A stretch of 64,000 bases of DNA, from NCBI GenBank assembly GCA_021806605.1, contig JAJZQY010000003.1, positions 41,412-105,411 on the forward strand, in the 5' to 3' direction. The DNA is from Pseudomonadota bacterium (GTDB lineage: Bacteria; Pseudomonadota; Gammaproteobacteria; Burkholderiales; JABEVD01). The notes under the pieces were generated by a model. That model was not told where the DNA came from, ran no database searches, and worked only from the letters and a program-made list of their open reading frames with translations. Shown here one piece after another: positions 19,577 to 29,739 of this stretch. The translations under genes were made by a program, and so were the position numbers. The stretch's first letter is position 1. Every line of letters starts with the position of its first letter.

Positions 19577-21145
19577 GTGTCGACGACCCAGGTACTGGCC
19601 CGAAAGTGGCGGCCCAAGCGCTTTTCCGAACTGACCGGGCAGGAGCATGTGGTCAAGGCGCTCACCAACGCCCTGGAGCAGCAGCGCCTGCATCATGCCT
19701 ACCTGTTCACGGGAACGCGGGGAGTGGGAAAGACCACGGTCGCGCGCATACTCGCCAAGGCACTCAACTGCGAAACGGGGATTACCCCGGACCCTTGCGG
19801 GAAATGCTCCGCCTGTCTTGAAATAGACAGCGGGCGATTCGTCGATCTGCTCGAACTGGACGCCGCTTCCAACACCGGGATAGACAACATGCGCGAAGTG
19901 CTGGATAACGCGCAATATCTGCCTACCTCGGGCCGCTTCAAGGTGTACATCATCGACGAAGTCCACATGCTCTCCACCAAGGCTTTCAACTCGATGCTGA
20001 AAACCCTGGAAGAGCCGCCCGAACATGTGAAGTTCATCCTGGCGACGACCGATCCGCAGAAGATTCCCGTCACGGTGCTTTCGCGCTGCCTGCAGTTCAA
20101 CCTCAAGCAGATTCCGGAGCCCCTGATCCAGGCGCATCTCGCGAAAGTGCTCGGGGAGGAAGGCATCGCTGGAGAACCCCGTGCCCTTTTTAGGATTGCC
20201 AGGGCTGCGAGGGGGAGCATGCGGGATGCCCTGAGCCTCATGGACCAGGCGATAGCCTATTCCGGCGGGCGGGTCGAGGACGAAATGGTCAGGAACATGC
20301 TCGGGGCGATCGACCAGGATTACCTCTATGCGATACTCGACGCGCTGGCCGAAAGGAGCGGCGCGAAGCTTATTTCGGTCGCGGAAGGCATGGAGGAGAG
20401 GAGCCTCGAATTCGAGGCGGCGCTCCAGGATCTGGGCGTGCTGCTTCACAAGATCGCCCTGTTCCAGATCGTGCCCGAAGCGATGGGGGAAGACATGCTC
20501 GAGCGGGACCGCATTGCGGATCTCGCCGTGAAATTCGATCCGGAGGAGATCCAGTTGCTCTACCAGATCGCAACTCACGGCAGGAACGAGATCGGCTTCG
20601 CCCCGGACGAATATTCGGGTTTTTCCATGACGCTCATCAGGATGCTCGCGTTCATGCCGGGCGGCGAAGCCAAGTCCGGGGAGGCCGATGCTGCGAAACC
20701 TCCCGCCGCGAAGCCGCTCGCTGAAAAACCCGAAAAGGTGCCTGAACCTGCGCCTGCCGGCGCACTCGACTGGGTTTCGGTTTCCGGGAAGCTGAACCTG
20801 TCCGGCATGGCGAAAATGCTCGCCCAGCACAGCGCATTGCAGCATTTCGACGGAAACAAGGTCGAATTCGTCGTGCCTTTCGAGCACAAGCATTTGATGG
20901 ACAAGCTCTACCAGGACAGGGTGAAGGCGGCGCTGGGCGATTATCTGGGGAAACCGGTCGAGCTCTCTTTCTCGGTAGGCGAAGGAGTGACGCCGGCAAA
21001 GGTCGAGGTCGACCAGAAGCATGAGCGCCAGATGGAAGCCGTGGCTTCCATCGAACAGGATCCGGTGGTGCGCAACCTCGTCGACAATTTCGATGCGAAA
21101 CTGATTGAATCTTCGATAAAACCAATTCAGGGAGAGAAGCCATGA
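19577..21145 (+). CDS. dnaX: DNA polymerase III subunit gamma/tau
   Basis: Contains [21 protein letters not shown], Walker [10 protein letters not shown] and IIDEVHMLS. The GTG start directly follows the pagL-like stop. Confidence 0.93.
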   Translation: MSTTQVLARKWRPKRFSELTGQEHVVKALTNALEQQRLHHAYLFTGTRGVGKTTVARILAKALNCETGITPDPCGKCSACLEIDSGRFVDLLELDAASNTGIDNMREVLDNAQYLPTSGRFKVYIIDEVHMLSTKAFNSMLKTLEEPPEHVKFILATTDPQKIPVTVLSRCLQFNLKQIPEPLIQAHLAKVLGEEGIAGEPRALFRIARAARGSMRDALSLMDQAIAYSGGRVEDEMVRNMLGAIDQDYLYAILDALAERSGAKLISVAEGMEERSLEFEAALQDLGVLLHKIALFQIVPEAMGEDMLERDRIADLAVKFDPEEIQLLYQIATHGRNEIGFAPDEYSGFSMTLIRMLAFMPGGEAKSGEADAAKPPAAKPLAEKPEKVPEPAPAGALDWVSVSGKLNLSGMAKMLAQHSALQHFDGNKVEFVVPFEHKHLMDKLYQDRVKAALGDYLGKPVELSFSVGEGVTPAKVEVDQKHERQMEAVASIEQDPVVRNLVDNFDAKLIESSIKPIQGEKP

Positions 21146-21456
21146 TGAAAGGCGGTTTGGCCAACATGATGAAACAGGCCCAGCAGATGCAGGAAAACAT
21201 GAAGCGGATGCAGGAAGAGCTGGGAAATGTTGAAGTGGAAGGGCAGGCGGGCGCAGGGCTCGTCAAGGTGAGCATGACTTGCCATCATGCGGTCAAAAGG
21301 GTGGTGATCGACCCTTCTCTCATGGGAGACGACCGGGAAATGCTGGAAGACCTGATTGCCGCTGCAATGAACGACGCGAATCGGCGGGTCGATTCGACAG
21401 TCCAGGAAAAGATGGGGGGGCTGGGGCTTCCCCCCGGCTTCAAGCTGCCATTCTGA
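21142..21456 (+). CDS. ybaB: YbaB/EbfC family nucleoid-associated protein
   Basis: [19 protein letters not shown]... over 104 aa. Overlaps the dnaX stop by 4 nt. Confidence 0.93.
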   Translation: MMKGGLANMMKQAQQMQENMKRMQEELGNVEVEGQAGAGLVKVSMTCHHAVKRVVIDPSLMGDDREMLEDLIAAAMNDANRRVDSTVQEKMGGLGLPPGFKLPF

Positions 21457-21459
21457 TAG

Positions 21460-22056
21460 ATGAGCCCGCCTTCCAGTCTCGAAGAACTGATCGAGTCCTT
21501 GCGCTGCCTGCCGGGAGTGGGGCCGAAATCTGCCCAGCGCATGGCCTACCACCTTCTGCAGCACGATCATGCCGGGGCTTCGCGCCTTGCCAATGCGCTC
21601 AGCCGCTCGGTCGAAAGCCTGCGTCATTGCGAAAAATGCAACAGCTTCACCGAAGAGGAAACCTGCAGGCTGTGCCGCTCAGAAAGGCGCGATTCCGCGC
21701 AGCTTTGCATCGTCGAAATGCCCCAGGATCTGCTGATGATGGAGCAGGCGCAATGCTATCAGGGGCTTTACTTCGTGCTGATGGGAAGGCTCTCGCCTCT
21801 GGACGGGATAGGGCCGCGTGAAATCAGGCTCGACAGGCTGCTGCGGCGCGTGAAGGACGGCAACGTCAGGGAGGTGATCCTCGCGACGAATTTCACCGTG
21901 GAAGGGGAGGCGACCGCGCACTATATCGGCGAGCTCCTGAGAGACAGCGGGCTCAAGGTTTCGAGAATCGCCAGGGGCGTTCCGGTCGGCGGGGAACTCG
22001 AACACGTCGACAGTGGGACGCTCGCGCAGGCCCTGTTCGAGCGCAGGGAGGTGTGA
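21460..22056 (+). CDS. recR: recombination protein RecR
   Basis: [17 protein letters not shown], a C4 zinc finger ([16 protein letters not shown]) and a Toprim region. Confidence 0.95.
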   Translation: MSPPSSLEELIESLRCLPGVGPKSAQRMAYHLLQHDHAGASRLANALSRSVESLRHCEKCNSFTEEETCRLCRSERRDSAQLCIVEMPQDLLMMEQAQCYQGLYFVLMGRLSPLDGIGPREIRLDRLLRRVKDGNVREVILATNFTVEGEATAHYIGELLRDSGLKVSRIARGVPVGGELEHVDSGTLAQALFERREV

Positions 22057-22847
22057 TGGAAAAGCAGAAGCTGCACAAGATGCTGGCGCATTCCGGGCTG
22101 GGCTCCCGCCGTGCCATGGAGGAAGCGATTGCCTCGGGTCGCGTCATGGTGAACGGCAGCCGTGCGGAAGTCGGCGCGCGGGTCGGCCCGGAAGACATGG
22201 TCCGGTTCGAAGGGCGCATCGTCAAGCTGAAATTCACCAGCCGCCTTCCCAGGGTGATGCTCTACCACAAGCCGGAGGGGGAAATCGTGAGCCACGACGA
22301 CCCGGAAAAGCGCGCCACGGTTTTCGACAAGCTGCCCAAGATGCGCTCGTCGAAATGGATCTCGATAGGCAGGCTGGACTTCAATACCAGCGGCCTGCTG
22401 ATTTTCACCACATCCGGCGAATTGGCGAACAGGCTCACCCATCCGGCCTTCGAGGTCGAGCGCGAATATTCGGTGAGGATACTGGGGCGGGTGACTCCTG
22501 AGCAGGGAAAGCAGCTGCTTTCCGGCATCGAGCTCGAGGACGGCAAAGCGAAGTTCGAGGCATTTTCCGACGAAGGCGGGGAGGGCGCGAACCACTGGTA
22601 TAGGGTGATTCTCAGGGAAGGCAGGAACAGGGTAGTGCGCCGTCTTTTCGAGTCCATGGGCCTTACCGTCAGCCGCCTGATCAGGACGCGGTTCGGCCCC
22701 ATCGTGCTGCCTTCCAGGGTCAAGCGCGGCATGCTGCTCGAACTGCCGGAAGAAGAAGTGGCGGGCCTCATGAAATGGGCCGGACTCGAAGCGAGCGAGC
22801 CCGAGATCGGGAAAAGGCCCTCCGTCAGGAAGCAAGCAAGGCGCTGA
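22053..22847 (+). CDS. rluB: 23S rRNA pseudouridine synthase (RluB-like)
   Basis: S4 domain ([15 protein letters not shown]) plus the RsuA/RluB catalytic motif [11 protein letters not shown]. Confidence 0.88.
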   Translation: MMEKQKLHKMLAHSGLGSRRAMEEAIASGRVMVNGSRAEVGARVGPEDMVRFEGRIVKLKFTSRLPRVMLYHKPEGEIVSHDDPEKRATVFDKLPKMRSSKWISIGRLDFNTSGLLIFTTSGELANRLTHPAFEVEREYSVRILGRVTPEQGKQLLSGIELEDGKAKFEAFSDEGGEGANHWYRVILREGRNRVVRRLFESMGLTVSRLIRTRFGPIVLPSRVKRGMLLELPEEEVAGLMKWAGLEASEPEIGKRPSVRKQARR

Positions 22848-23859
22848 TTTTTGCCTCATCCGGCGCTTCGATCACCCCTTTTTCGGTGACGAGCGCAGCA
22901 ACGAGTTCGGCGGGAGTGACGTCGAATGCGGGATTTCTGATCCGGATGCCTTTCGCCGCCCAGTCGGCTTCGCCGTATCCCCTGACTTCGCCGCCCGATC
23001 TTTCCTCTATCGGTATTTCATTTCCCGTGGGCGTTGCAGGATCTATCGTCGAAACCGGGCACGCGACGACGAAGGGTATGCCGTGCCGCTTCGCGAGCAC
23101 GGCCATGGTGTAGGTTCCGATCTTGTTCGCCGTGTCGCCATTGGCTGCGACCCTGTCCGCGCCGACGATGACCATGTCGATTTCCCCTTGAGTCATGAGG
23201 TATCCGGCCATGTTGTCGCAGATCAGGGTGACGGGAATCTTCTCCATGGCAAGTTCCCATGCAGTGAGCCTGGCCCCTTGCAGCAGCGGGCGCGTTTCGC
23301 AGGCATGCACCGAAACCGCCTTGCCCTGCCGATGCGCCGAGCGGACGATGCCGAGCGCGGTGCCGTGGCCCGCGGTAGCGAGGGCTCCCGCGTTGCAGTA
23401 GGTGAGGATGCTGCATTTTTCCGGAACGAGGCTGGCGCCGTGCCTGCCCATTTCCAGATTGGCTTCGATGTCTGCCTTGAATATTGCTTCGGCCGCTTGC
23501 GACAGGTCGAGCGCAATGCTTTGCGGATCCTTTCCGCTGTCGATTGCGGACTTCATCTTCTCCAGCGCCCAGAACAGGTTGACCGCTGTCGGACGGCTTT
23601 CGGCGAGCATCGCGAAGGCCTCCAGCAGGGCGGAATGGAATGCCGATTTGTCGAGATGCCTGAGCCTGTAAGCTTCTGCCGCAACGCCGAATGCAGCTGC
23701 GCAGCCGATCGCTGGCGCTCCCCTGACCGCCATTTCCCGTATGGCTGCTGCGACCCCGGAAGCGCTTTCGAGGTTCAGGTATTCGACTCTTTTCGGGAGG
23801 AGCCTCTGGTCGAGGAGCCCCAGGCTTCCCTGATTCCAGCGCAGCGTTTCGAATTTCAT
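22825..23859 (-). CDS. mtnA: S-methyl-5-thioribose-1-phosphate isomerase
   Basis: From MKFETLRWNQGSLGLLDQRLLP...; contains VRGAPAIG and GADRVAANGDTANKIGTY. The N-terminal extension in the track overlaps ygfZ and is rejected. Confidence 0.9.
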   Translation of the reverse strand: MKFETLRWNQGSLGLLDQRLLPKRVEYLNLESASGVAAAIREMAVRGAPAIGCAAAFGVAAEAYRLRHLDKSAFHSALLEAFAMLAESRPTAVNLFWALEKMKSAIDSGKDPQSIALDLSQAAEAIFKADIEANLEMGRHGASLVPEKCSILTYCNAGALATAGHGTALGIVRSAHRQGKAVSVHACETRPLLQGARLTAWELAMEKIPVTLICDNMAGYLMTQGEIDMVIVGADRVAANGDTANKIGTYTMAVLAKRHGIPFVVACPVSTIDPATPTGNEIPIEERSGGEVRGYGEADWAAKGIRIRNPAFDVTPAELVAALVTEKGVIEAPDEAKISALLAS

Positions 23860-24749
23860 GGCAGGGAATAGGGCATCGGCATCATTTGCAGCAGCGCTCC
23901 CGATTTGAGGCGGATCTCGCTCTCCCGGTTCTCGAGATGGATGACCGCGAGAATGTCGAACCCTCCCTCGGGAGAAGGCGCGCTCCTCGCGACAGTGCCT
24001 GTCGCTTCTTCCCCGCAGTAGACTTCCTCGCCGGGCGAGGGTTCGACTGGTGCGTCGACATGGGCGAGCACCATCCGCCGCTTGATCTTTCCGAGGAAAT
24101 GCGTACGCGTCACGATTTCCTGGCCGGGATAGCAGCCTTTCTGGAAGCTCACGCCGCCGATCAGCTCGAAATTCGCCATCTGCGGCACGAATAGCCCTTC
24201 CGTTTCGGGAAGCACAACCGGGAGGGCGTCCAGAATTTCCAGCCTGTCCCAGTATGATTTTCCGGACTTTTCGCATCGCGCTTGGAGTTTTTCGGCGATT
24301 TTCGCTGCATTTTCAGGATCGGCCACGATTTCGAAGCGCGAATCCGACAGCTTGACCGCGATGCCGGAGTCAACCTTGCCGGCTCCCATCACGGATTCGG
24401 GGAGCTCCAGGAGCGCCTGTGCGTTTCTTCCGGAAAGGCCGATGGCTGCAAGCTCCGCCTTGGAAATGGAGACCTTGGAACGGAAGACGTACATGGAAAG
24501 GCGCTGCTTGACGCGGTCGACCATTTCCTTCGGCATCTGGAGAATGTAGTCTCCGTCCATCCTGAACACGAGGAAGCTTGCCAGCATTCTCCCCTTCGGC
24601 GAGCAGAGGCTGTTGTATTGGGCGGATTTCTCGTCCAGGCGCCTGACGTCGTTGCTGGTGAGGTTTTGCAGGAAATCTCCGGCGTCTTCTCCGGCAACGC
24701 GGAGAAAGCCGAGGTGGGCAAGATCGGTAATGCGTGGCGATGAATTCAT
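23856..24749 (-). CDS. ygfZ: folate-binding Fe-S cluster repair / tRNA-modification protein YgfZ
   Basis: Signature KGCYPGQEIVTR, GcvT-like fold. The stop overlaps the mtnA start by 4 nt. Confidence 0.88.
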   Translation of the reverse strand: MNSSPRITDLAHLGFLRVAGEDAGDFLQNLTSNDVRRLDEKSAQYNSLCSPKGRMLASFLVFRMDGDYILQMPKEMVDRVKQRLSMYVFRSKVSISKAELAAIGLSGRNAQALLELPESVMGAGKVDSGIAVKLSDSRFEIVADPENAAKIAEKLQARCEKSGKSYWDRLEILDALPVVLPETEGLFVPQMANFELIGGVSFQKGCYPGQEIVTRTHFLGKIKRRMVLAHVDAPVEPSPGEEVYCGEEATGTVARSAPSPEGGFDILAVIHLENRESEIRLKSGALLQMMPMPYSLP

Positions 24750-24752
24750 TTT

Positions 24753-26438
24753 TTAGCGTACGTAAGCTTCCGTTGCATATCGGGCCATCATGCGGTGGCT
24801 GTTGAAATAGGAGGCATTCTTGCCTATGGCGTTTTTCATGACCGCGATCCAGCCGCTTCTGTTGTCATGATAAAGCGGAAGGACGGTTTTTTCGAGTTTT
24901 TCGTAAAGCTGTCCTGCGTCGTCGCCGTTGGCCTTATCCGAGGAATTGCCGACCGCCCAGCCGGTCACGCCCTCGATGCAGCCTTCGATCCACCATCCGT
25001 CCAGCACGCTCAGGCTGGGAACGCCGTTGAATGCCGCTTTCATTCCGCTGGTGCCGGACGCTTCCATCGGTCTGAGCGGCGTATTGAGCCAGATATCGAC
25101 GCCGGAGACCAGGGAGAGCGCCAGATCCATGTCGTAATTGGGCAGAAATGCGGTATTCACGGTGTCCGAGAGGCTTTCGAGGTGGGCATGGAGCATTGCG
25201 ATCAATTGCTTGCCGCCTTCGTCGTTGGGGTGCGCCTTGCCTGCCATCACGATCTGGAAGGGGCGGTTCCTAGCGATGGCCTTGATTCTTTCGAGGTCGG
25301 AGAAAATGAGATCCGGGCGCTTGTAGGCGGTCATTCTCCTGGCGAAGCCGATTATCGGGATTTCGGCGCTGAAGTCCCTGCCGCTAAGGGCCTTGATGCG
25401 CTCGATTAGGGCGAGCTTGGCGGCCCTGTGGGCTTTCCATATCGCATCGTCAGGGATCTGGTCGACCCGGACCAGAAGCTGCGGCTCGTAGCACCAGCCG
25501 GGCAGGTGGTGATCGTAAAGGCTGGCGAAGCTGTCGGAAGTCCAGGTGTAGGGATGGACGCCGTTGGTGACGGCATGGACGTGATAGCCGGGATACATCT
25601 GCCTCGAAATTTCGGCATGCTTCATGGCGACGCCGTTGACATAGTCGCTCAGATTCAGCGCGAGCTTCGTCATGTTGAGCCGTTCTTCTCCGGCAACTGC
25701 CTTGAGCTCGCTGAAATCGATGAAGTCCCTCAGGATGTTCTGCACGAGTTCGTAGGGAAACTGGTCGTGGCCCGCTTCGATCGGAGTGTGGGTCGTGAAA
25801 TTGCAGACCGATCTCACCATGGGGATGTCGTAGGAAAGCAGGTTTTCGTCTTCGTTTTCCTGCCTTGCGAAACGCCGCAGGAGTTCGAGCGCGAGCAGCG
25901 CGGAATGGCCTTCGTTCATGTGGTACTGGCGAATCTGGAAACCGAGCGCATGCAGCATGCGCAATCCGCCGATGCCGAGCACGATTTCCTGCTTGAGGCG
26001 GTAGACCTGGTCGCCGCCGTAGAGGTAGTGGGTGATTTCCCGGTCTTCCGGTCTGTTTTCGTCGAGATCGGTGTCGAGCAGGATGACCGGCTCCTTGCCC
26101 CCCAGGTGGCCTGTGAGCACGTAAAGCCAGCCGCGCACCCAGACTTCGCGTCCCTCGACGTTGACGGCGATTTTTGCGTCCAGCGGAAACGCCCATTTCG
26201 CCGGGTCCCACAGGTCGGGATGCTCGATCTGGCGCCCGTCCCTGATTTCCTGCCTGAAGTAGCCGGCGCGGCTGACGAGGCTGACTGCAACGAGGGGAAG
26301 CTGGATGTCTGCGCTCGCCCGCATCACATCTCCTGCCAGGATGCCCAGGCCCCCGCTGTAGGTCGGGATGTCGCTCTTCAGGGCGATTTCCATCGTGAAA
26401 TAGGCAATGCGCTGCTGGTGGGTGAATTCGTAGTGCAT
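24753..26438 (-). CDS. glgP: alpha-glucan family phosphorylase (GT35, short type)
   Basis: Contains YFTMEIAL...YSGGLGILAGD and the PLP-lysine motif EASGTSGMKAAFNG. Confidence 0.88.
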   Translation of the reverse strand: MHYEFTHQQRIAYFTMEIALKSDIPTYSGGLGILAGDVMRASADIQLPLVAVSLVSRAGYFRQEIRDGRQIEHPDLWDPAKWAFPLDAKIAVNVEGREVWVRGWLYVLTGHLGGKEPVILLDTDLDENRPEDREITHYLYGGDQVYRLKQEIVLGIGGLRMLHALGFQIRQYHMNEGHSALLALELLRRFARQENEDENLLSYDIPMVRSVCNFTTHTPIEAGHDQFPYELVQNILRDFIDFSELKAVAGEERLNMTKLALNLSDYVNGVAMKHAEISRQMYPGYHVHAVTNGVHPYTWTSDSFASLYDHHLPGWCYEPQLLVRVDQIPDDAIWKAHRAAKLALIERIKALSGRDFSAEIPIIGFARRMTAYKRPDLIFSDLERIKAIARNRPFQIVMAGKAHPNDEGGKQLIAMLHAHLESLSDTVNTAFLPNYDMDLALSLVSGVDIWLNTPLRPMEASGTSGMKAAFNGVPSLSVLDGWWIEGCIEGVTGWAVGNSSDKANGDDAGQLYEKLEKTVLPLYHDNRSGWIAVMKNAIGKNASYFNSHRMMARYATEAYVR

Positions 26439-26525
26439 TTCAGGCTACCCCGGGATGGAGGTCGGGACGCGGCCCATGAAAGCCTGAGGGGGTTGCATCG
26501 GGCTGCGCACGGGTGTCGCCCATTT

Positions 26526-26915
26526 TCAGGCGGACAGGCTGTCCCTGGCCCGCACGAGCTTCGCCTTGACTTCCAGGGCGATTTCCTTCATCCCGGGCTT
26601 GCCTACGAGATCGAGAACGGCTTCCGGGTCCATGAAGGCGACCGTGACGGATCCATCCTCTTCTTCCCTCACCAGCACATTGCAGGGAAGCAGCAGGCCG
26701 ATGTCGGGTTCGGCGAGAATGGCGCGGTGCGCGAAGGGCGGATTGCATGCGCCGAGGATGCGGTAGGGGCGCATGTCGAGATTCAGCTTCGATTTGAGGG
26801 TGGTCTGGACGTCGATATCGGTGAGCACCCCGAATCCTTCCCTTTTGAGTGCCTCGGTCACTTTCGCTATGGCGTCGGCGAAGGAAATGCGCAGTGTTGT
26901 CGAAAATCCGTACAT
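26526..26915 (-). CDS. DUF302 domain-containing protein
   Basis: From MYGFSTTL...REGFGVLTDIDVQTTLK. The ATG at 26915 is preceded by AAGGAG. Confidence 0.85.
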   Translation of the reverse strand: MYGFSTTLRISFADAIAKVTEALKREGFGVLTDIDVQTTLKSKLNLDMRPYRILGACNPPFAHRAILAEPDIGLLLPCNVLVREEEDGSVTVAFMDPEAVLDLVGKPGMKEIALEVKAKLVRARDSLSA

Positions 26916-26965
26916 TAGAGTGCTCCTTGAAACAAAAGGGCCGCTTTCGCGGCCCCGTATTTCGA

Positions 26966-27568
26966 TCAAAGCGATTCGCTATGCTTCGCAAGATAGCTTG
27001 CCACGCCCTCCCCGGTGGGCTTCATTCCGGCTTCGCCCTTCTTCCATCCCGCGGGGCAGACTTCGCCGTGCTGCTCGAAGAACTGCAGCGCATCGATCAT
27101 GCGCAGCATTTCGTCGATGTTGCGTCCCAGCGGCAGATCGTTCACCACCTGGTGACGCACGGTGTGGGACTTGTCGATCAGGAAGGAGCCGCGGAAAGCC
27201 ACGCCTGCGCCTGCCTCGACATCGTAGGCCTGGCAGATCTCGTGCTTGATGTCCGCCACCAGAGGATAGCCGACCTTGCCGATGCCGCCGTTGTTGACCG
27301 GGGTATTCTTCCATGCCAGATGGGTGAACTGGGAGTCGATCGACACGCCGATGACCTCCACGTTGCGATCCTTGAATTCCTTGAGGCGGTGATCGAATGC
27401 GATCAGCTCAGAAGGGCAGACGAAGGTGAAGTCGAGAGGATAGAAGAAGACCACTGCATACTTGTCCTTGATGAAGGCGTGCAGGTTGAAGTTTTCCTCG
27501 ATCTGGTTGTTGCCCATGACTGCGGCTGCGGTGAAGTCGGGGGCGCATTTACCTACCAATACTGACAT
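26966..27568 (-). CDS. typical 2-Cys peroxiredoxin (AhpC/Tsa family)
   Basis: Peroxidatic FYPLDFTFVCPSE and resolving GEVCPAGW motifs. Confidence 0.93.
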   Translation of the reverse strand: MSVLVGKCAPDFTAAAVMGNNQIEENFNLHAFIKDKYAVVFFYPLDFTFVCPSELIAFDHRLKEFKDRNVEVIGVSIDSQFTHLAWKNTPVNNGGIGKVGYPLVADIKHEICQAYDVEAGAGVAFRGSFLIDKSHTVRHQVVNDLPLGRNIDEMLRMIDALQFFEQHGEVCPAGWKKGEAGMKPTGEGVASYLAKHSESL

Positions 27569-27598
27569 TTTTTGCTCCTTTCAACAGTGGGTTTGAAT

Positions 27599-28105
27599 TT
27601 ATTTTCCTGTGCCGTAAAGATAATGCGAGAACTGCGCATAGCTTGTGCTCACTCTGCGGAACAGCCTGTCCAGGCTGATGATGGCATGTTCCACGATATT
27701 GAGCGCGATATAGGGATGCTCGACCTTGAGGCGTTTGTATTTGACCCTGGAAAGCTTGAGTACCTCGGTTCCCGGGGCTTTCGCAACCAGCCTCACGGAG
27801 CGCGGCTGCTTGTCGAAGAAGGACATTTCGCCGAGCATTTCGCCGGGACCTGCGCGCACGATCTCGTTTTCATGACCATGGTCGTCGAAGGTCAGCGCGA
27901 TTTCACCCTGGACCACGAAATAGAGGGCGTCCCCGATGTCTCCGATGTCGGAAAGAACGTGTCCCTTGTCGACATTCAGGAGCGTCAGGTAATCGAGCAG
28001 GGTCTGCACTTCGCTGACGGTCAGGGATTCGCATAGATACTGATGGCTGAGCAGCTGAGACAGCTTGATCTGATCCGTTTCTGAATTGCCGTTTCCCTTG
28101 GTCAT
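27599..28105 (-). CDS. stand-alone cyclic nucleotide-binding (CAP_ED) domain protein
   Basis: Contains GDALYFVVQGEI and the phosphate-binding cassette GEMLGEMSFFDKQPRSVRLVA, with no HTH or other output domain. ATG at 28105 behind AGAGG. Confidence 0.8.
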   Translation of the reverse strand: MTKGNGNSETDQIKLSQLLSHQYLCESLTVSEVQTLLDYLTLLNVDKGHVLSDIGDIGDALYFVVQGEIALTFDDHGHENEIVRAGPGEMLGEMSFFDKQPRSVRLVAKAPGTEVLKLSRVKYKRLKVEHPYIALNIVEHAIISLDRLFRRVSTSYAQFSHYLYGTGK

Positions 28106-28308
28106 GGAACGCCTCTTATATGTTGTTGGAGCTGCCATTATGACGCGAAGTTGGAAAATCTTCATCAATAACGGTCATTGAATTTGCACATCGCGATCAT
28201 TGATTTTGTTCATGGGGCTTTCCGAGCCCACGCAAACATTATAGCTTGTCTTGAGTGTGGCGGAGTTGGCAGAAACATGACAGATCATGCTGGCAAACCG
28301 GTCCGTTT

Positions 28309-28325
28309 TGCACCATAATTGTGCA
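28309..28325. promoter_or_regulatory. NtrC-like palindrome TGCACCATAATTGTGCA
   Basis: 17-bp near-dyad resembling the NtrC consensus TGCACC-N5-GGTGCA with one mismatch. It lies 24 nt upstream of the amt start. The position is atypical for an enhancer, so this is tentative. Confidence 0.2.
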
Positions 28326-28348
28326 TTTTTGGCCTTCAGGAAACCGGG

Positions 28349-29551
28349 ATGGAAGCTTTGAAAAACAGCGGCGACGTGTTGTTCATTTTGCTTGGCGCGA
28401 TCATGGTGCTTGCGATGCATGCCGGGTTTGCCTTTCTGGAGCTCGGCACGGTCAGGAAAAAGAACCAGGTCAATGCGCTCGTCAAGATCATGGCGGATTT
28501 CGCCGTATCGACGATCGCCTATTTCTTCATCGGCTACGGCGTAGCCTACGGCATCCATTTTCTCGTCGGAGCGGATCAGCTGGTGCAGAAGAGCGGCTAC
28601 GAGCTCGTCAAATTCTTCTTCCTGCTGACCTTCGCTGCGGCGATTCCGGCGATCATTTCCGGCGGCATCGCCGAGCGCGCCAGATTCCATCCCCAGCTCG
28701 CGGCGACCTTTGTCCTGGTCGGTTTCGTATATCCCTTTTTCGAAGGCATCGCCTGGAACGACCATTACGGCATCCAGGGCTGGATGCAGGGCGCTTTCGG
28801 CGCGAAATTCCACGATTTCGCAGGTTCGGTGGTGGTGCATGCGGTAGGGGGGTGGATCGGGCTTGCAGCCGTGCTGCTGCTGGGAGCCCGGCGCGGGCGC
28901 TATGCCAGGGACGGCAGGATATCCGCCCATCCGCCTTCCTCCATTCCCTTCCTGGCGCTGGGTTCCTGGATACTGTCGGTGGGCTGGTTCGGCTTCAACG
29001 TCATGTCGGCCCAGACGCTTTCAGCGATCAGCGGGCTGGTCGCGGTGAACTCGCTGATGGCGATGGTAGGCGGGATACTTGCAGCGCTGGTTGCAGGGAA
29101 GAACGACCCCGGGTTCCTGCACAATGGGCCGCTTGCCGGACTCGTCGCGGTCTGCGCAGGCTCCGACCTCATGCATCCCGTGGGCGCGCTGCTTACCGGC
29201 GCGATTGCGGGCGGATTGTTCGTTTATCTCTTCACCGTGACGCAGAACAAATGGAAGATCGATGACGTCCTCGGCGTCTGGCCGCTGCACGGCGTATGCG
29301 GGGCTTGGGGGGGAATCGCTGCGGGGATTTTCGGCGCGAAGGCCCTGGGCGGCGTGGGCGGGGTGAGCTTCGCTTCCCAGTTGACCGGAACCTTCCTGGG
29401 TGTCGGGATAGCCCTGGCGGGCGGCTTTGTCGTTTACGGCACGCTCAAGAAGCTGGTCGGCATCAGGCTGGACCAGGAGGAAGAATACGACGGCGCGGAT
29501 CTTTCCATCCACAACATCAGCGCCACCCCGGAGAAGGAAGCCGGCTGGTAA
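28349..29551 (+). CDS. amt: ammonium transporter
   Basis: Contains [35 protein letters not shown] and LHGVCGAWGG. ATG at 28349 behind AGGA. No glnK is adjacent. Confidence 0.93.
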   Translation: MEALKNSGDVLFILLGAIMVLAMHAGFAFLELGTVRKKNQVNALVKIMADFAVSTIAYFFIGYGVAYGIHFLVGADQLVQKSGYELVKFFFLLTFAAAIPAIISGGIAERARFHPQLAATFVLVGFVYPFFEGIAWNDHYGIQGWMQGAFGAKFHDFAGSVVVHAVGGWIGLAAVLLLGARRGRYARDGRISAHPPSSIPFLALGSWILSVGWFGFNVMSAQTLSAISGLVAVNSLMAMVGGILAALVAGKNDPGFLHNGPLAGLVAVCAGSDLMHPVGALLTGAIAGGLFVYLFTVTQNKWKIDDVLGVWPLHGVCGAWGGIAAGIFGAKALGGVGGVSFASQLTGTFLGVGIALAGGFVVYGTLKKLVGIRLDQEEEYDGADLSIHNISATPEKEAGW

Positions 29552-29710
29552 TTTTGATCGCAAGGGATATTGCCCCGGTTCAGTTTGACATCGGAATGCC
29601 GTTGACCGATAATTCGGGCGTTTCAACCACAGGGATTTGGCCGCATGGACAGTTGCCCTAGTCAATCTAGGAATACGTAGCGGGAACCGCGGCAGGAGTC
29701 CACCTCATTC

Positions 29711-29739
29711 CGCCGTCCCGCTGGAAAAGCGGGACGGCG
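29711..29739. repeat. perfect 11-bp inverted repeat (CGCCGTCCCGC-TGGAAAA-GCGGGACGGCG)
   Basis: Read directly from the sequence. No U-run on either strand. It sits in the 360-bp amt / oprB-like spacer. Confidence 0.4.

Noticed and set aside
19034-21022. 662-aa ORF antisense to the pagL-like gene and dnaX
   Set aside because: No recognisable motifs and an Arg/Gly/His-rich composition typical of antisense frames in GC-rich DNA. The sense strand carries unambiguous dnaX.
19577-21145. Programmed -1 frameshift site in dnaX (gamma versus tau)
   Set aside because: I looked for an A-AAA-AAG type slippery heptamer with a downstream hairpin. I found only short A-runs (GAAAAAC, CGAAAAG near 20720-20740) with no heptamer, so there is no support.
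22825-24276. 483-aa version of mtnA and 382-aa version of plsY (43053-44201)
   Set aside because: The N-terminal extensions overlap neighbouring genes (ygfZ and folB respectively) and are Arg-rich nonsense. The conserved protein N-termini begin at ATG 23859 and ATG 43658.
28106-28348. Sigma-54 (-24/-12) promoter for amt
   Set aside because: TGGCA...TTGCA-like strings are present (28290-28312), but the GG to GC spacing is 18 nt instead of 12. No correctly spaced element occurs on either strand.
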